Below are positions 50,445 through 60,557 of a DNA stretch of 64,000 bases, piece after piece (the stretch's first letter is position 1; the number at the start of each line of letters is the position of its first letter). Where the stretch lies: the NCBI GenBank assembly GCA_964019335.1, contig OZ025744.1, positions 248,001 to 312,000 of the forward strand, read 5' to 3'. The stretch is from Diplonema japonicum (taxonomy: Eukaryota; Protista; Euglenozoa: Diplonemea). The position numbers and the translations under genes were made by a program. The notes below the pieces were generated by a model, which was given only the letters and a program-made list of their open reading frames with translations, did not search any database and was not told the DNA's origin.

Positions 50445-50459
50445 TTAAAAATAATAATA

Positions 50460-51929
50460 CATAGCCTGCACGTTATACCGATACCCAATCGGGTATTTTA
50501 ATCGGTTCGGGTATTTAAAATAGTGCAAAATTGGCCTGGGCACGCCTGATTTTTGGAGACCATGAACATGGGTAACTTAACATCCGAAGCCTACCCCAAT
50601 TTTGGCGAATTTTGGGTGCGTTATTTTATGTTATTTTACGTTATTTTAATCGGTGAAAATTTGGAGAATGAGAAGACGCTGTTTCAAGAATGCAACAGGG
50701 AGGGATAAGAGGACTAAGAGAACTAGAGAGGTACTTGTGGGTGTTTGGAAGGCATGGCTACCCCCAGAAAGTACTTAAGAGAGATTCCCGAGTCAGTGGG
50801 ACTCCAGACGATGCATGTGATGCATGAGGGAACAGCGCTTTGTTCGCTGCATCGTAAGCAGAGGGTAAAAGCCTGTTCTTACAACACGAGCAGTCCGTGG
50901 TGGCAGGAACGTCTGGAGACAAGGACTCTCTTTAGTGCTGGTGCGGATATTCCAGAGAAAACTAACGAAATGCACGAGGATTATTTTCCAGAAAAGTTAG
51001 TTTCCCCCCTTTTTTTAGGGGATCGATGTTTCCGACCTCCCAGTGGTTAGCATCGCCCTCAATGGAGAGTCCCTTATCCCAATAAAAATAGAACAAGGAG
51101 GTGGTTTCACCAGGTGGCAAGTAGCCTCTCCGCGGCCTTGTGCCAGTGAAGCAAGCCTCCCACAACTTCCCAGTTGGTGTTTAATTGCTTCTGTGGCTCC
51201 TCCCTTTTGAAAAACCTTCTTTACCTCTCCGCTTTTACTTACTACGGGACCACAGGGGACTTGGAGGCTTCGGGGCGAAGTTTCACAAGGGTGGCCGCTG
51301 TGTAACATACCGCATGGCACTAAAATTGAGACTACCTTTTTACCAGTTTCCCTCCCTACAACCTCTCTATTCGTCTCCCGGGGGCCCCAGATACACAAAG
51401 CCGACCCACTAGAGTATCGAAACGACATAGAAAAGGATTATTTTTTTCCGAAAAGCTGTTGAACACATTCTTTCTGGACGGATTCATATCATACATGGGG
51501 GGTTTTTTTTTTTTGCCTGAAATATGGGTAGAGAATCGACCCTGGCCCAATATTGATTACAAGTCCGAAAACCCAATTTTCTCAAAACTGCATTTAAAGC
51601 CTTAAATAGGGCTCTATTTTGGGTTTTGGAGGTCGGAATGGGCTCAGATCGTCAAAATAGGGTTTTTGAAAAAAAAAAATTGAAAAATGGTCTTGGTAAA
51701 AATATTGGCAACATCGATCATCCATTGAATAAAATAAACGTTATTCCGAATAAAATAACGTTATTTTAATATTTCACTGATTAAAATAACGTTATTTAAT
51801 TCGATATCGTTAAAATAACGGGTACGTAACAAGATTATGGGCCCTTTTTTGCGTTATGGTATTTGATACCGGGTATTTTAAAATATCAATTTGATAACGT
51901 TATGCTTGCGTTATAACGTGCAGGCTATG
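50460..51929. mobile_element. Second CATAG-ended TIR element, ~1.47 kb
   Basis: 18-bp TIRs CATAGCCTGCACGTTATA / TATAACGTGCAGGCTATG, flanked by ATAATA on both sides; shares internal modules with 20361..22354. Confidence 0.8.
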
Positions 51930-52974
51930 ATAATAAATAAATAAATAAAAAGAAAAAAAAAATATAAGTAGAGAAGATCGCAAGAAGAAGAAAAAAAAAG
52001 ATATGAAGGGAGAAGAAGAAAAGAAAAAAGAGGGAAAAAATCGAGAGGAGAGGGAGAGAGGAGTGATCAAGGGTAGTTAAGGAACAAGAGGGGAGGGAAG
52101 AAAAAAAAAAGAAGAAAGAAAACGGAAACAATATTGGAAGGCGTCCCGGATGTGTAGATGTGTGGAGAGGGAGAGCAATGTTATTTTCTCTTTTTTTTAT
52201 CCAGTTCTGCACGGTACGGGGGGGATCAAAAAAAAAAGGAGGGTCGGGTAAAACAAGACAGTTTTCTTTTTTTTTTTTCTTTTTTTCTTCTTGTTTTATT
52301 TTTTTTAAAGAAAATTACACCCTCCCCCAGCTTTTTTGTGTCTCGGAAAAAAAAAAATCGGCTAAGCCAGCAGGAGAGCCCTCTTCTTGGGGGGAGGGGA
52401 AATAAAGAAGACTGCAGGAACCAAAAAAACCAACCGCAAAAAAAAAAAAAAACAAGTGGTGAGGAGAGATGCGGGGAGGAAAGAAGAAAAAAAACAAGAT
52501 TTCTTCCCCCCCTTTTGTTTAATAACACCATATTACAGTTGCCAAACCGCGAAATAAAGCGAAAAAAAGAAGGGAAAAAAAAGAAAAAGAAGAAGAAAAG
52601 AAGAAAAAAGAAAGGGGGATGCAGGGTATATTGGTCCGGGCGGGGGGGTTGTTCTTCTTTTCATTTCTATTGTTTGTTTGGTCGAAAAAAAAAAAAAAAA
52701 AAAAAGTTGTGTGTACAGTGATATGCTTGTACAAGTACAGAAATGAGAAGGTGAGAAAAACGGGGAGAGGGAAGAGAGCGGGGAGGAAAAAAAAAAGAAG
52801 AAAAAAAAAAAAAGAGAAAACAAAACTACTTCAAGCAAGGCGACACATGTTGTTCATATCTTCTCCCCTTCCTCTAGTTCATTTTTTTTTTTTAATATAC
52901 TTTATTTTTTTCTCTTTTTTTTTTTTATATATTACGAGGAGGGTAGAAGAAGAAGAACAAACTTTTTTTTCCCG

Positions 52975-53008
<34 letters not shown>

Positions 53009-53233
53009 CCAAATGTTCTCCAGTGGCCTTTGAGAATCCCGTTATTGACGTCAAAAGTCACGGAATGGAAGGTCACACAATAACATTTTTTTTTTAAAGA
53101 ATCTTTTTTTACTTTTTTTTTTTTTTTTTTTTCTACAGAGAAACAAAAAGGGGAGTCGCTTTCCGAAAAAAAAAAAGCCCAAAAAAAAAAAATCACTATG
53201 ATTGGAGCCTCCTACTTTTTTTTCTTTTTTTTC

Positions 53234-53268
<35 letters not shown>

Positions 53269-54291
53269 CCCCTCTCTGGAAAAAAAGGGGGAGGGAAAAT
53301 AAAAGGAAGGGAGGGGACTCCAGGTCCCCCACCACCACCCACCACCCGCATCCATTTTTTCTTCTTCTTTTTTTTTTCTCTTTTGAGACCAACTGTCTCA
53401 AAGTGATCTAACATTTTAAAGGGAGGGTTAAAAGACTTTAAACTACTTTATTTTTTATTCTCGTGAAAGCCAGCCTTTGTGCAAGAAAGAAAAAAAAAAA
53501 AAAAAACTACAACCCAGTTTCTTCAGTGTAGTATATTTTGAAGATGCGGAATGCATAAAAAACCTTCCCAAAAATCCCCCCCCTTCCACCCACCGGCCGT
53601 TAAAAGGTGAATGACCGCAAGGTATTCCCCCCTTTTTTTTATAGTGTATTTTCCCATCACCACATTTTTTATCTTTTTTTTTGGGGGGCTCTCTCGAAAC
53701 AACTTTCTTCAAAAGTCCTGGCTGGGGGGGGGGGGGGGGGGGAGGATGAGAGAGGGAACAGAAAAAAAAAAATATCAGATCTTACCAGGTTGGTACTACA
53801 GAAGAGGGACAATAAAAAAAATGAAGAACAAAACACAAATAAAAATAAAATAAAAAGTTGTTTTTTTTTTTTCTTCTTTTTTTACCGGATATGAATATAA
53901 AGTGAAGAAAACACAAAAAAAAATAAAAAAATAAAATGGTAGGCTTTTACAGTTGGATCCATATAACCAATCGTATTATAACGAACCCGTGGCCCCTTGG
54001 GAAGATGTCAGGGGACCGATCCAATTTTCTTTCTTTTTTTTTTTTTTTTTTTTTTTTCCCGCTCCGGATCCGTTAAGTATATGGATTTTCTGGGAAGAAA
54101 AGTTTTTTTTTTTCAGTTGAACCTTTGGACATTTTATTGATTTTCCCCTGGGGGAGGGCCTCCTTGGAAGAAAACCTCTTTTTTTCTTTTTATTTCAATC
54201 ACAAAAAAAAAAAAAAAAAAAACCTCGTGTAAAAGGAGGGTATCTCCTCCCCGTGTAAAGAAAAAAAAAAAAAAAAAAAAAAAAACCCTTT

Positions 54292-55013
54292 TCAAAGAAC
54301 GGTGTACGCAGGGGTAACAACATGCGAGGGGTACAGGGTTTGTGTGGGTGGTGACACAAATACATAAGCTTGTGGCGCCTGCTGCAAGTAAGTTGCAACA
54401 TATGTATGTGTGGGGAAGACAATGGCAGCTGGGACAATGGGGGTGGCCATGGGCGGGGCAACGGAGGCAACGGCCCGCGGGGGGCGGGCGGCGGCCGCCA
54501 GGGGGGGCGGGGAGGGGTGGGTGGTGTCGCTTATGCTCAGAATCAACGCCTGATGAACTATATCGTAATGCGTCTCAAGTTCCTTCCCCAACCGTACCAC
54601 CGTTATATGCTTAGTCCTCTCCAGCCTCGTAGTCACCAGCCGAATTGCTCTTGCGGTCATCAGAAAAGATGTTTTCTCTTCCTGCGTGAACGTCCCCACC
54701 CCTTTCACGCACAACCTCCAAACAATCGGGAGATAATTGTCGCAGAACTCCCTGACGGTTCCTGTCCCGCACACGGTGAAGCCCAGAAGGTCAGATGTGA
54801 TGGTTTCGAAGCCAAGCGCCACGCTAAGCTTGCATTTCAATTTTTCAGAAGCATCGTTCGGGCTGTGTGGGCCCAGCATGCGAACGCCTGGGAGAAAAGC
54901 ATCGAGTAATTTTCCAGTGGGCGGGTGCTCGCAAGTATCTTCGAGTAGTTTTCTCAAAAATTTTATGTCACACATTTGTCTTTCTGCAGCTCGGTAAGTT
55001 GATTTACATATCT

Positions 55014-55064
<51 letters not shown>

Positions 55065-55713
55065 CACTCTTCGTCATTTTCTTCACTCACTAGTGGCCTC
55101 ATAATTTAACACGAAACGGCCATAATTTAACTAGTTAAATTATGAGATTTTGGAGTTAAATTATGGGGCTTCAGAGTGGAAAAATGGGTCTTGTCGTGGA
55201 AAAAAAATGTCCTTGAAAAATCTTTTTGGGGACGGGGTATTTTGACTATTTTTGGCCATCTGAGGCCATTCCAGCCCTTAAAAGTGGGAATAAGTGCTTT
55301 ACTTCCCCTAAAAATGCCACGGGGAAATAGCAACCCCATATTACCTTAGGAAAATCCCCAAAAAGGCTGACCTGCGTGAAAAAAAACAGCAGTGAAAGCA
55401 GTGAAGAGTGAGTGACTCAAATGACGAAGAGTGAAATAAAACGACTTACTTGCCGCCAAATGAGCCATTATTTAACACTCGTTACCGTTTTTTTGCACTC
55501 GGGCCCGCAGGGCCCGAGTGCAAAAAATTCGGGAACTCGAGTTAAATAATGACTCATAATTTGTTGGCAATAAATAGCTATTTTTTTTTTTTTTTTCCCC
55601 TCCTATACCTCTCGGTAAAAAACTATTTCTTTCGGCGCAAAATACTCACTTACCAACAGCCACACATCGCCTACTATGCTACCTTGGCTATTTCTGCGAT
55701 TTCGTGCGCCCAT
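54292..55713 (-). CDS. F-box-like protein with Pro-rich C-terminus, two exons
   Basis: Exon 1 MGARNRRNSQGSIVGDVWLLVSEYFAPKEIVFYRE, spliced (intron 55012..55608) to ICKSTYRAAE, gives an F-box-like pattern. Confidence 0.7.
55063..55581. mobile_element. Palindrome-ended repeat element inside the F-box intron
   Basis: Highly similar to 16996..17566; apex tttttgcactcgggccc-GCA-gggcccgagtgcaaaaa. Confidence 0.85.
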
Positions 55714-55853
55714 CGAACACCAGGTTGATGGGGGGGAGGGGGAGGGGGATGGGGTTATTTCTCTTTTTTATTTATTTATTTTTTTTTATCTGTTGTTTGC
55801 TCTTCTCGTCCCTGGGAACAGGGGGGGAATTTTTTTTTTTCTTCTAATGTACT

Positions 55854-55899
<46 letters not shown>

Positions 55900-56642
55900 T
55901 TTTTTTTTTTTACTTTGTTCTTGAAAAAAGAAAAAAGAAAATGTGTAATAAGTCTTGTTTCTTCTTCTTTTTTTTTTGGTTTGTATTGTGTGTATTTTTT
56001 TTTTTTTTTTTTTCCCTGTGGTTGTGTGATGTATTTTAAGAATTCCTTTGGGGATGAAAAGAAAAAAAAAATGAAAAGAAGGTAGGAGAGAGACAAAAAA
56101 AAGAAACACGTTTTTATTTTTTTTTTTTTCCTGTTCAAGAAAAAATCGAGGGAAAAAAAAAAGAGAGAGAAGGCAGCAAAAGGTCAGCCACAACAATGAA
56201 GAAAAAAAAATCTAGTAGTTGCTCCCCTCCGCTATTCTTTGAATACGTAAAGGGGGGAGGTAAAAACTTCGATTTTTTTTTTCGCCCTCTTTTTTCTTTT
56301 GTATTGTCCTTCCCTGCCCTGAATCACGCACTTGCACTTTTTTTTTGAGGGGGAGAGTGGGGGGAGGGGGGAAACAACTTCCCCCCCCCCCCCCCCCCCT
56401 CTTTTCCCCTCCCATTTTTTTTTCTCCCCTCTCTTTCCCTCCATGGGGGTTTTATAGAAAATCTCTTTTTTTTTGATCGGATGAAATGGAGAATAAAAAA
56501 AAAAAAAAAAAAAAACTAGTTTGGCACTTCATTGTGCGCACGAGCGGAATTTTACCTAACAAAATAGCTCATTACGCTGCCATCAACTAGTTTTTTAGTC
56601 TCGACAATAATATTTGTTAAAACAAAAAAAAAAAAAAAAAAA

Positions 56643-57743
56643 TCAATAGTCTTCGTCCTCCTCCTCCTCTCCCCGCATCTGTCTCTCCATTCTCTCCTTC
56701 TCCTTCTGGATTGCTTCCTGTTGCTCTTTCATCTGCTTCGGGGTCATGACACTGCCGTCCATTCCAATGTCTCTCATGTACTGTTGCAGGCCCTCTACAC
56801 CGTCGGAAGCAAGGATGTCTTGCAAGAGGTCCTGGTCCATACCAGCGCGTCCGCCTTGCCCACGAGGCTTGTCGGCTATTGGGTCGCCCTCAGGGCCGTT
56901 TGCAGCACAACGGAAACCGGTGTTGTGAGATCCAGAGTCGGGGGTGTTCCCCATACGGGTGGACGGGCGTGCTTTGTGGTTGGTTTTCCCGTCGGAGCTG
57001 TCTACAAAGGAACCTCCTTTAAGAACGTATTTCGGCATTTCTTTTTTTTCTTCGTTTCCCTTGCTAAAGACAGTGGCGGTCCACTCCCACACATTACCCA
57101 CCATTGCGAACATTCCCTTCCCGTTTGCGGCGTAGTGTTGAACAGGCGAAGTACCATGAAATCCATCCTTTTCCGTGTTGCCGTCTGGGAACTCCCCTTG
57201 CCATAGGTTTGCTTTTGGTTGTTTTTTACCATTCGCAGCGTGTTCCCATTCTGTCTCGTAAGGAAGGCGTTTTCGGGCCCATTTGCAGTATGCTGCTGCG
57301 TCTGAGAGGGAAATGTGGACTGCTGGGTGGTTGAGTCTGGACTTGATACCGGTGCCTTTTCCTTCGGGAGCTCGCCAGTATGCGTTGGGTACTGCTAGCC
57401 AATGCTTCGCGTCGGGGAGAGATTCGGTTCTTTCGTCGTTTCTAACGGATTCGGAGGCGAGGGATGAGAGCACGAAGGACCATCCGAAGTGTTCCGCCTC
57501 TGTCTTGTACTTTGTCTCCTTGGTGAATTGTTTGAAATCGGAGTTGGTGACCGGTGTTTCATCCAGATAGAACGGCTTTATTTTTGCCTCCCTCTCGGGG
57601 CCCTCCCCGTCCATGTTTTTGTTGAACTTCGTGTCGTCGGTTCCCACTCGAACCCTCCCTCCTTTGAAGTACACCATTCCCTCTGGTGCAGCCGCACCGC
57701 TGCTCCCCGACATCATCAATACAATACCCAGTAAAATTTTCAT
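56643..57743 (-). CDS. SUMF2: Sulfatase-modifying factor 2-like (FGE-sulfatase domain, catalytically inactive type)
   Basis: Signal peptide; AEHFGWSFV, HPAVHIS, RLPYETEWE, GNVWEW, KGGSFVDSSDG...RMGNTPDSGSHNTGFRC. Lacks the catalytic Cys pair (CHRSYC) of SUMF1. Confidence 0.85.
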   Translation of the reverse strand: MKILLGIVLMMSGSSGAAAPEGMVYFKGGRVRVGTDDTKFNKNMDGEGPEREAKIKPFYLDETPVTNSDFKQFTKETKYKTEAEHFGWSFVLSSLASESVRNDERTESLPDAKHWLAVPNAYWRAPEGKGTGIKSRLNHPAVHISLSDAAAYCKWARKRLPYETEWEHAANGKKQPKANLWQGEFPDGNTEKDGFHGTSPVQHYAANGKGMFAMVGNVWEWTATVFSKGNEEKKEMPKYVLKGGSFVDSSDGKTNHKARPSTRMGNTPDSGSHNTGFRCAANGPEGDPIADKPRGQGGRAGMDQDLLQDILASDGVEGLQQYMRDIGMDGSVMTPKQMKEQQEAIQKEKERMERQMRGEEEEDEDY

Positions 57744-57870
57744 TTTTTTTTTCTCCCTTTGAGCGAAGTGGGGGGGGGGGGGGGGGGGGGGGGGGGAGAG
57801 AGAGAAAGAAAAAAAAAAGGGGAAAAAAAAAGGCTAGTGGTGGGTCCCTCCCATATCTTTTGTGTGATTT

Positions 57871-58026
57871 TCACAATTTCACTTCGGTTTTTTCTTTTTT
57901 GGGGGACGCTTTGTCATTGTCACCTGTTGTGGAGGAATTCTGTTCTGCTGGTTTCAAGGGTGGTTTGTGCAGGCCGAACCCGTCCTTTCCCGAAGTCCTG
58001 TGCAACATTTTCTTCATTTTCTTCAT
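57871..58026 (-). CDS. Microprotein family member 1 (~51 aa)
   Basis: MKKMKKMLHRTSGKDGFGLHKPPLKPAEQNSSTTGDNDKASPKKEKTEVKL*. Confidence 0.65.
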   Translation of the reverse strand: MKKMKKMLHRTSGKDGFGLHKPPLKPAEQNSSTTGDNDKASPKKEKTEVKL

Positions 58027-58157
58027 TTGTGTGTGTTTTTTTTCTCTTTTTTTTTTATTCAAGAGAAGATCCAAATAACATTTAAAAAAAAAATTAAAAA
58101 AAACCTCCCATCACATTAGACGCCCCCCCGAAGAAAGAATTATTTTTGTTTTCCCCC

Positions 58158-58316
58158 TCACGTGGCGTGAGTACCATCCTTTTCAGAGCCATCAGACTTC
58201 TCAGGGGTGGGGGTGGGGGTGTCCTTCTTGTCCGGTGTAGTAACTTCCCTTGCCGCCTCTGTGGGTTTATGTAAACCATACCCCCTCTTGCCAGATGACT
58301 TCCGCATCATCTTCAT
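58158..58316 (-). CDS. Microprotein family member 2 (~52 aa)
   Basis: MKMMRKSSGKRGYGLHKPTEAAREVTTPDKKDTPTPTPEKSDGSEKDGTHAT*. Confidence 0.65.
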   Translation of the reverse strand: MKMMRKSSGKRGYGLHKPTEAAREVTTPDKKDTPTPTPEKSDGSEKDGTHAT

Positions 58317-58649
58317 TTTTTTTCTTCTTCTAAATGGTGTGGTAGAAGAACGAAAAAAAAGGGGAGGGGGAAGGGAATTTAAAAAGGAGTCGTTAACCCT
58401 GTTGAGAAGGATCCCTGCAGCAAGCAACGAGCAGGCCGCGGCAGTAGAAGGGTGCACAAAAAAGTGTCTGAAATTCACTTAAGAAGAAGAAGCAGTGTGA
58501 GGGATTTTGCAGGCTTCTAAAATTTCAGTCATTGATCTGAATAAAGCCAAAGCAAGCTATCTCTTCCACGTTATCCCAACATAAATATCAAATGCCCCCC
58601 CCCCCCCCCTCCCCCCCCCTTTTTTTAACTTCTACCTCTTTTTCATCGC

Positions 58650-59519
58650 ATTAAAGTCGATGGTTTCTAGTGCTTTTTTTTTTTTTTTTTTTTTTTTTTG
58701 CACCCATACAAGGTGAGAACCAATGGTATAAATATTTGCTAGTGATCATCCCTGTCGTCGGCGGGTCCTCCTACCCACTACCTGTAAACGCAAGGTCCGG
58801 GCCAAAGCGAAGTTGGCTATTATGCGTTGCAATGCGGTTTCGTCCCTCTCCACCGGACCGCGGAACTAACAAGAGGCTTTGTGCAGGCCTAGGGACTCAT
58901 CGGCGATGAAGCCACCTCAAGAGTTCAAAGTAAACCCTTTCTAGATTTTCGCACCTAAAACAAGAAGCCATCACCAATGGAATAAATATTTGTTAGTGTC
59001 CCCGCATTCAAGTCGATGTTTTCTAGATTTTCACACCCTGTTTAAAACCCATGACAGGCCGGAGGATGAGATCAACAGACGTCAGGTGGTCGCAATCTCG
59101 AAGAAAGTTAGCGTCTATACTTGTAACACAACCTGTGGTGTAGTCGGTGACAACGGGAACCGAAGTCCAGAAGGAAGGCGCGTACTGCTCATGGACATGG
59201 CGAATTCCCCACCGTCAGCTGTCACAAGCCCCCTCAAGCTCCTCCAGCTGAACAGTTCTCATGTTCGCCTCCACATGGACCACGCTGCCCTCCATGAGCC
59301 CAAGTCCCTGAACCTCTTCACCCCCGTTCCTGTCCAGGATTTTCCTCCCAAACCAGTTGAACCTGCCTTCGAGTAAACCAGCAGCCACCCTGCGTTCTTG
59401 TACAGGATCCCCACCGTCTCCTTCCCCGACACTTCCACATCGTGAACCCCGCCTCCCGTCTTCACGAACACTGTCATATCGTTCACCCCTTCACCTGATC
59501 TCTTTCTCTTTCCATTCAT
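58650..59519 (-). pseudogene. Ubiquitin-like + leucine-rich-repeat protein pseudogene, copy 2
   Basis: High DNA similarity to 63350..63867 (MTVFVKTGGGVHDVEVSGKETVG...), with frameshifts, a few LETIDL repeats and an unrelated insert ~58745..58915. Confidence 0.75.
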
Positions 59520-59861
59520 GTTCTTTTAGTTTCGTTCCTTCCCCACACACACACCCTTTTTGCTTTTGTTTTTATTTCCCTTGTGTGTGCTTATCTTGAA
59601 GGCCGCAGAAGTCAAATGAAGAAGAAGAATAATGGGAAGAAGAAAAAAAAAAAGGTAGTTTCGTTATTAGTCGCAGTGGTGCCATGCGGTATACAGCGGC
59701 CACCCGAAGCTTCCCGCGTCTCTTTGTTCTCTCTTTTAAACGCTTCCCTCCCACCACACTGGCGGGATAAGTCGGTCAGTGGACACACAGCACCTACCTA
59801 TGAATCCCCGTGTTCACTTTGCTTTTTTGCATCGTTTTCCTGCTCGCTGGCAACAAGCCTT

Positions 59862-60047
59862 TTATTCGGCCGGCGAGGGGGGGTCAGACTCGGTTAATTT
59901 CTGGCTACTCTGGCCGGTTAGAGGTTGCTTCCAATCTTTTCCTGTCTCTTCTTGGGCCCTTTTCTCTTCGATGTGCTTCTTTTCTCGTTCGGCCCCCTTT
60001 ACAACTCCCAGCCCGGACATGCCTGAGGAGTTATGTAACATGAACAT
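59862..60047 (-). CDS. Microprotein family member 3 (61 aa)
   Basis: MFMLHNSSGMSGLGVVKGAEREKKHIEEKRAQEETGKDWKQPLTGQSSQKLTESDPPSPAE*. Confidence 0.6.
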   Translation of the reverse strand: MFMLHNSSGMSGLGVVKGAEREKKHIEEKRAQEETGKDWKQPLTGQSSQKLTESDPPSPAE

Positions 60048-60145
60048 TTTCGCAATTTTCTTTCTTAACTATTCAGTGTTTTTATTTCCAGGATCGGTGG
60101 GGGGGGGCAAGAAAAAAGAAGGGGGGGGGGGGAAAGCGACTGGCT

Positions 60146-60289
60146 CTAATTGCTTCGATCATCTCCCGTTTCTTCTCCGTTCCCCCTCTCCTTGCTGTCC
60201 TTCGTTGCCGCCACTTGCTTTCCTTTGCTTGCTTTTTTTTCAGCCAAATCGAAATTATATTTTCCCGAGGTTTTCTCCATCATCTGCAT
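60146..60289 (-). CDS. Microprotein family member 4 (~47 aa)
   Basis: MQMMEKTSGKYNFDLAEKKASKGKQVAATKDSKERGNGEETGDDRSN*. Confidence 0.6.
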   Translation of the reverse strand: MQMMEKTSGKYNFDLAEKKASKGKQVAATKDSKERGNGEETGDDRSN

Positions 60290-60557
60290 TTTTTTTTCTC
60301 TTTTTTTTTTTTTCCACTTCGGTCCGGAGCCTGCGTGGGTTTTCCTCAAGGAGCTTTTTAGCAAGTTGATAAAGTTTGAAGGGTTACATTTCAATAAGAA
60401 AAAAAAAAAGAATTATAACGCTCTATATTCGCTAAGTGACCCACCAGAATCCGCATTTTGAAGAGCTAAAAAAATTTCTAATTGCTTTTTCTAGGGCTGG
60501 AATGGATTTATTTGCGTCCGGGGCCCAATGTTCGACATATGGAATTTTTTTTTGTAA

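Noticed and set aside
56643-60289. RiPP-like cluster (FGE enzyme modifying the neighbouring peptides)
   Set aside because: The FGE homologue lacks catalytic cysteines and has a signal peptide, whereas the peptides have no Cys, no CxPxR motif and no signal peptide.
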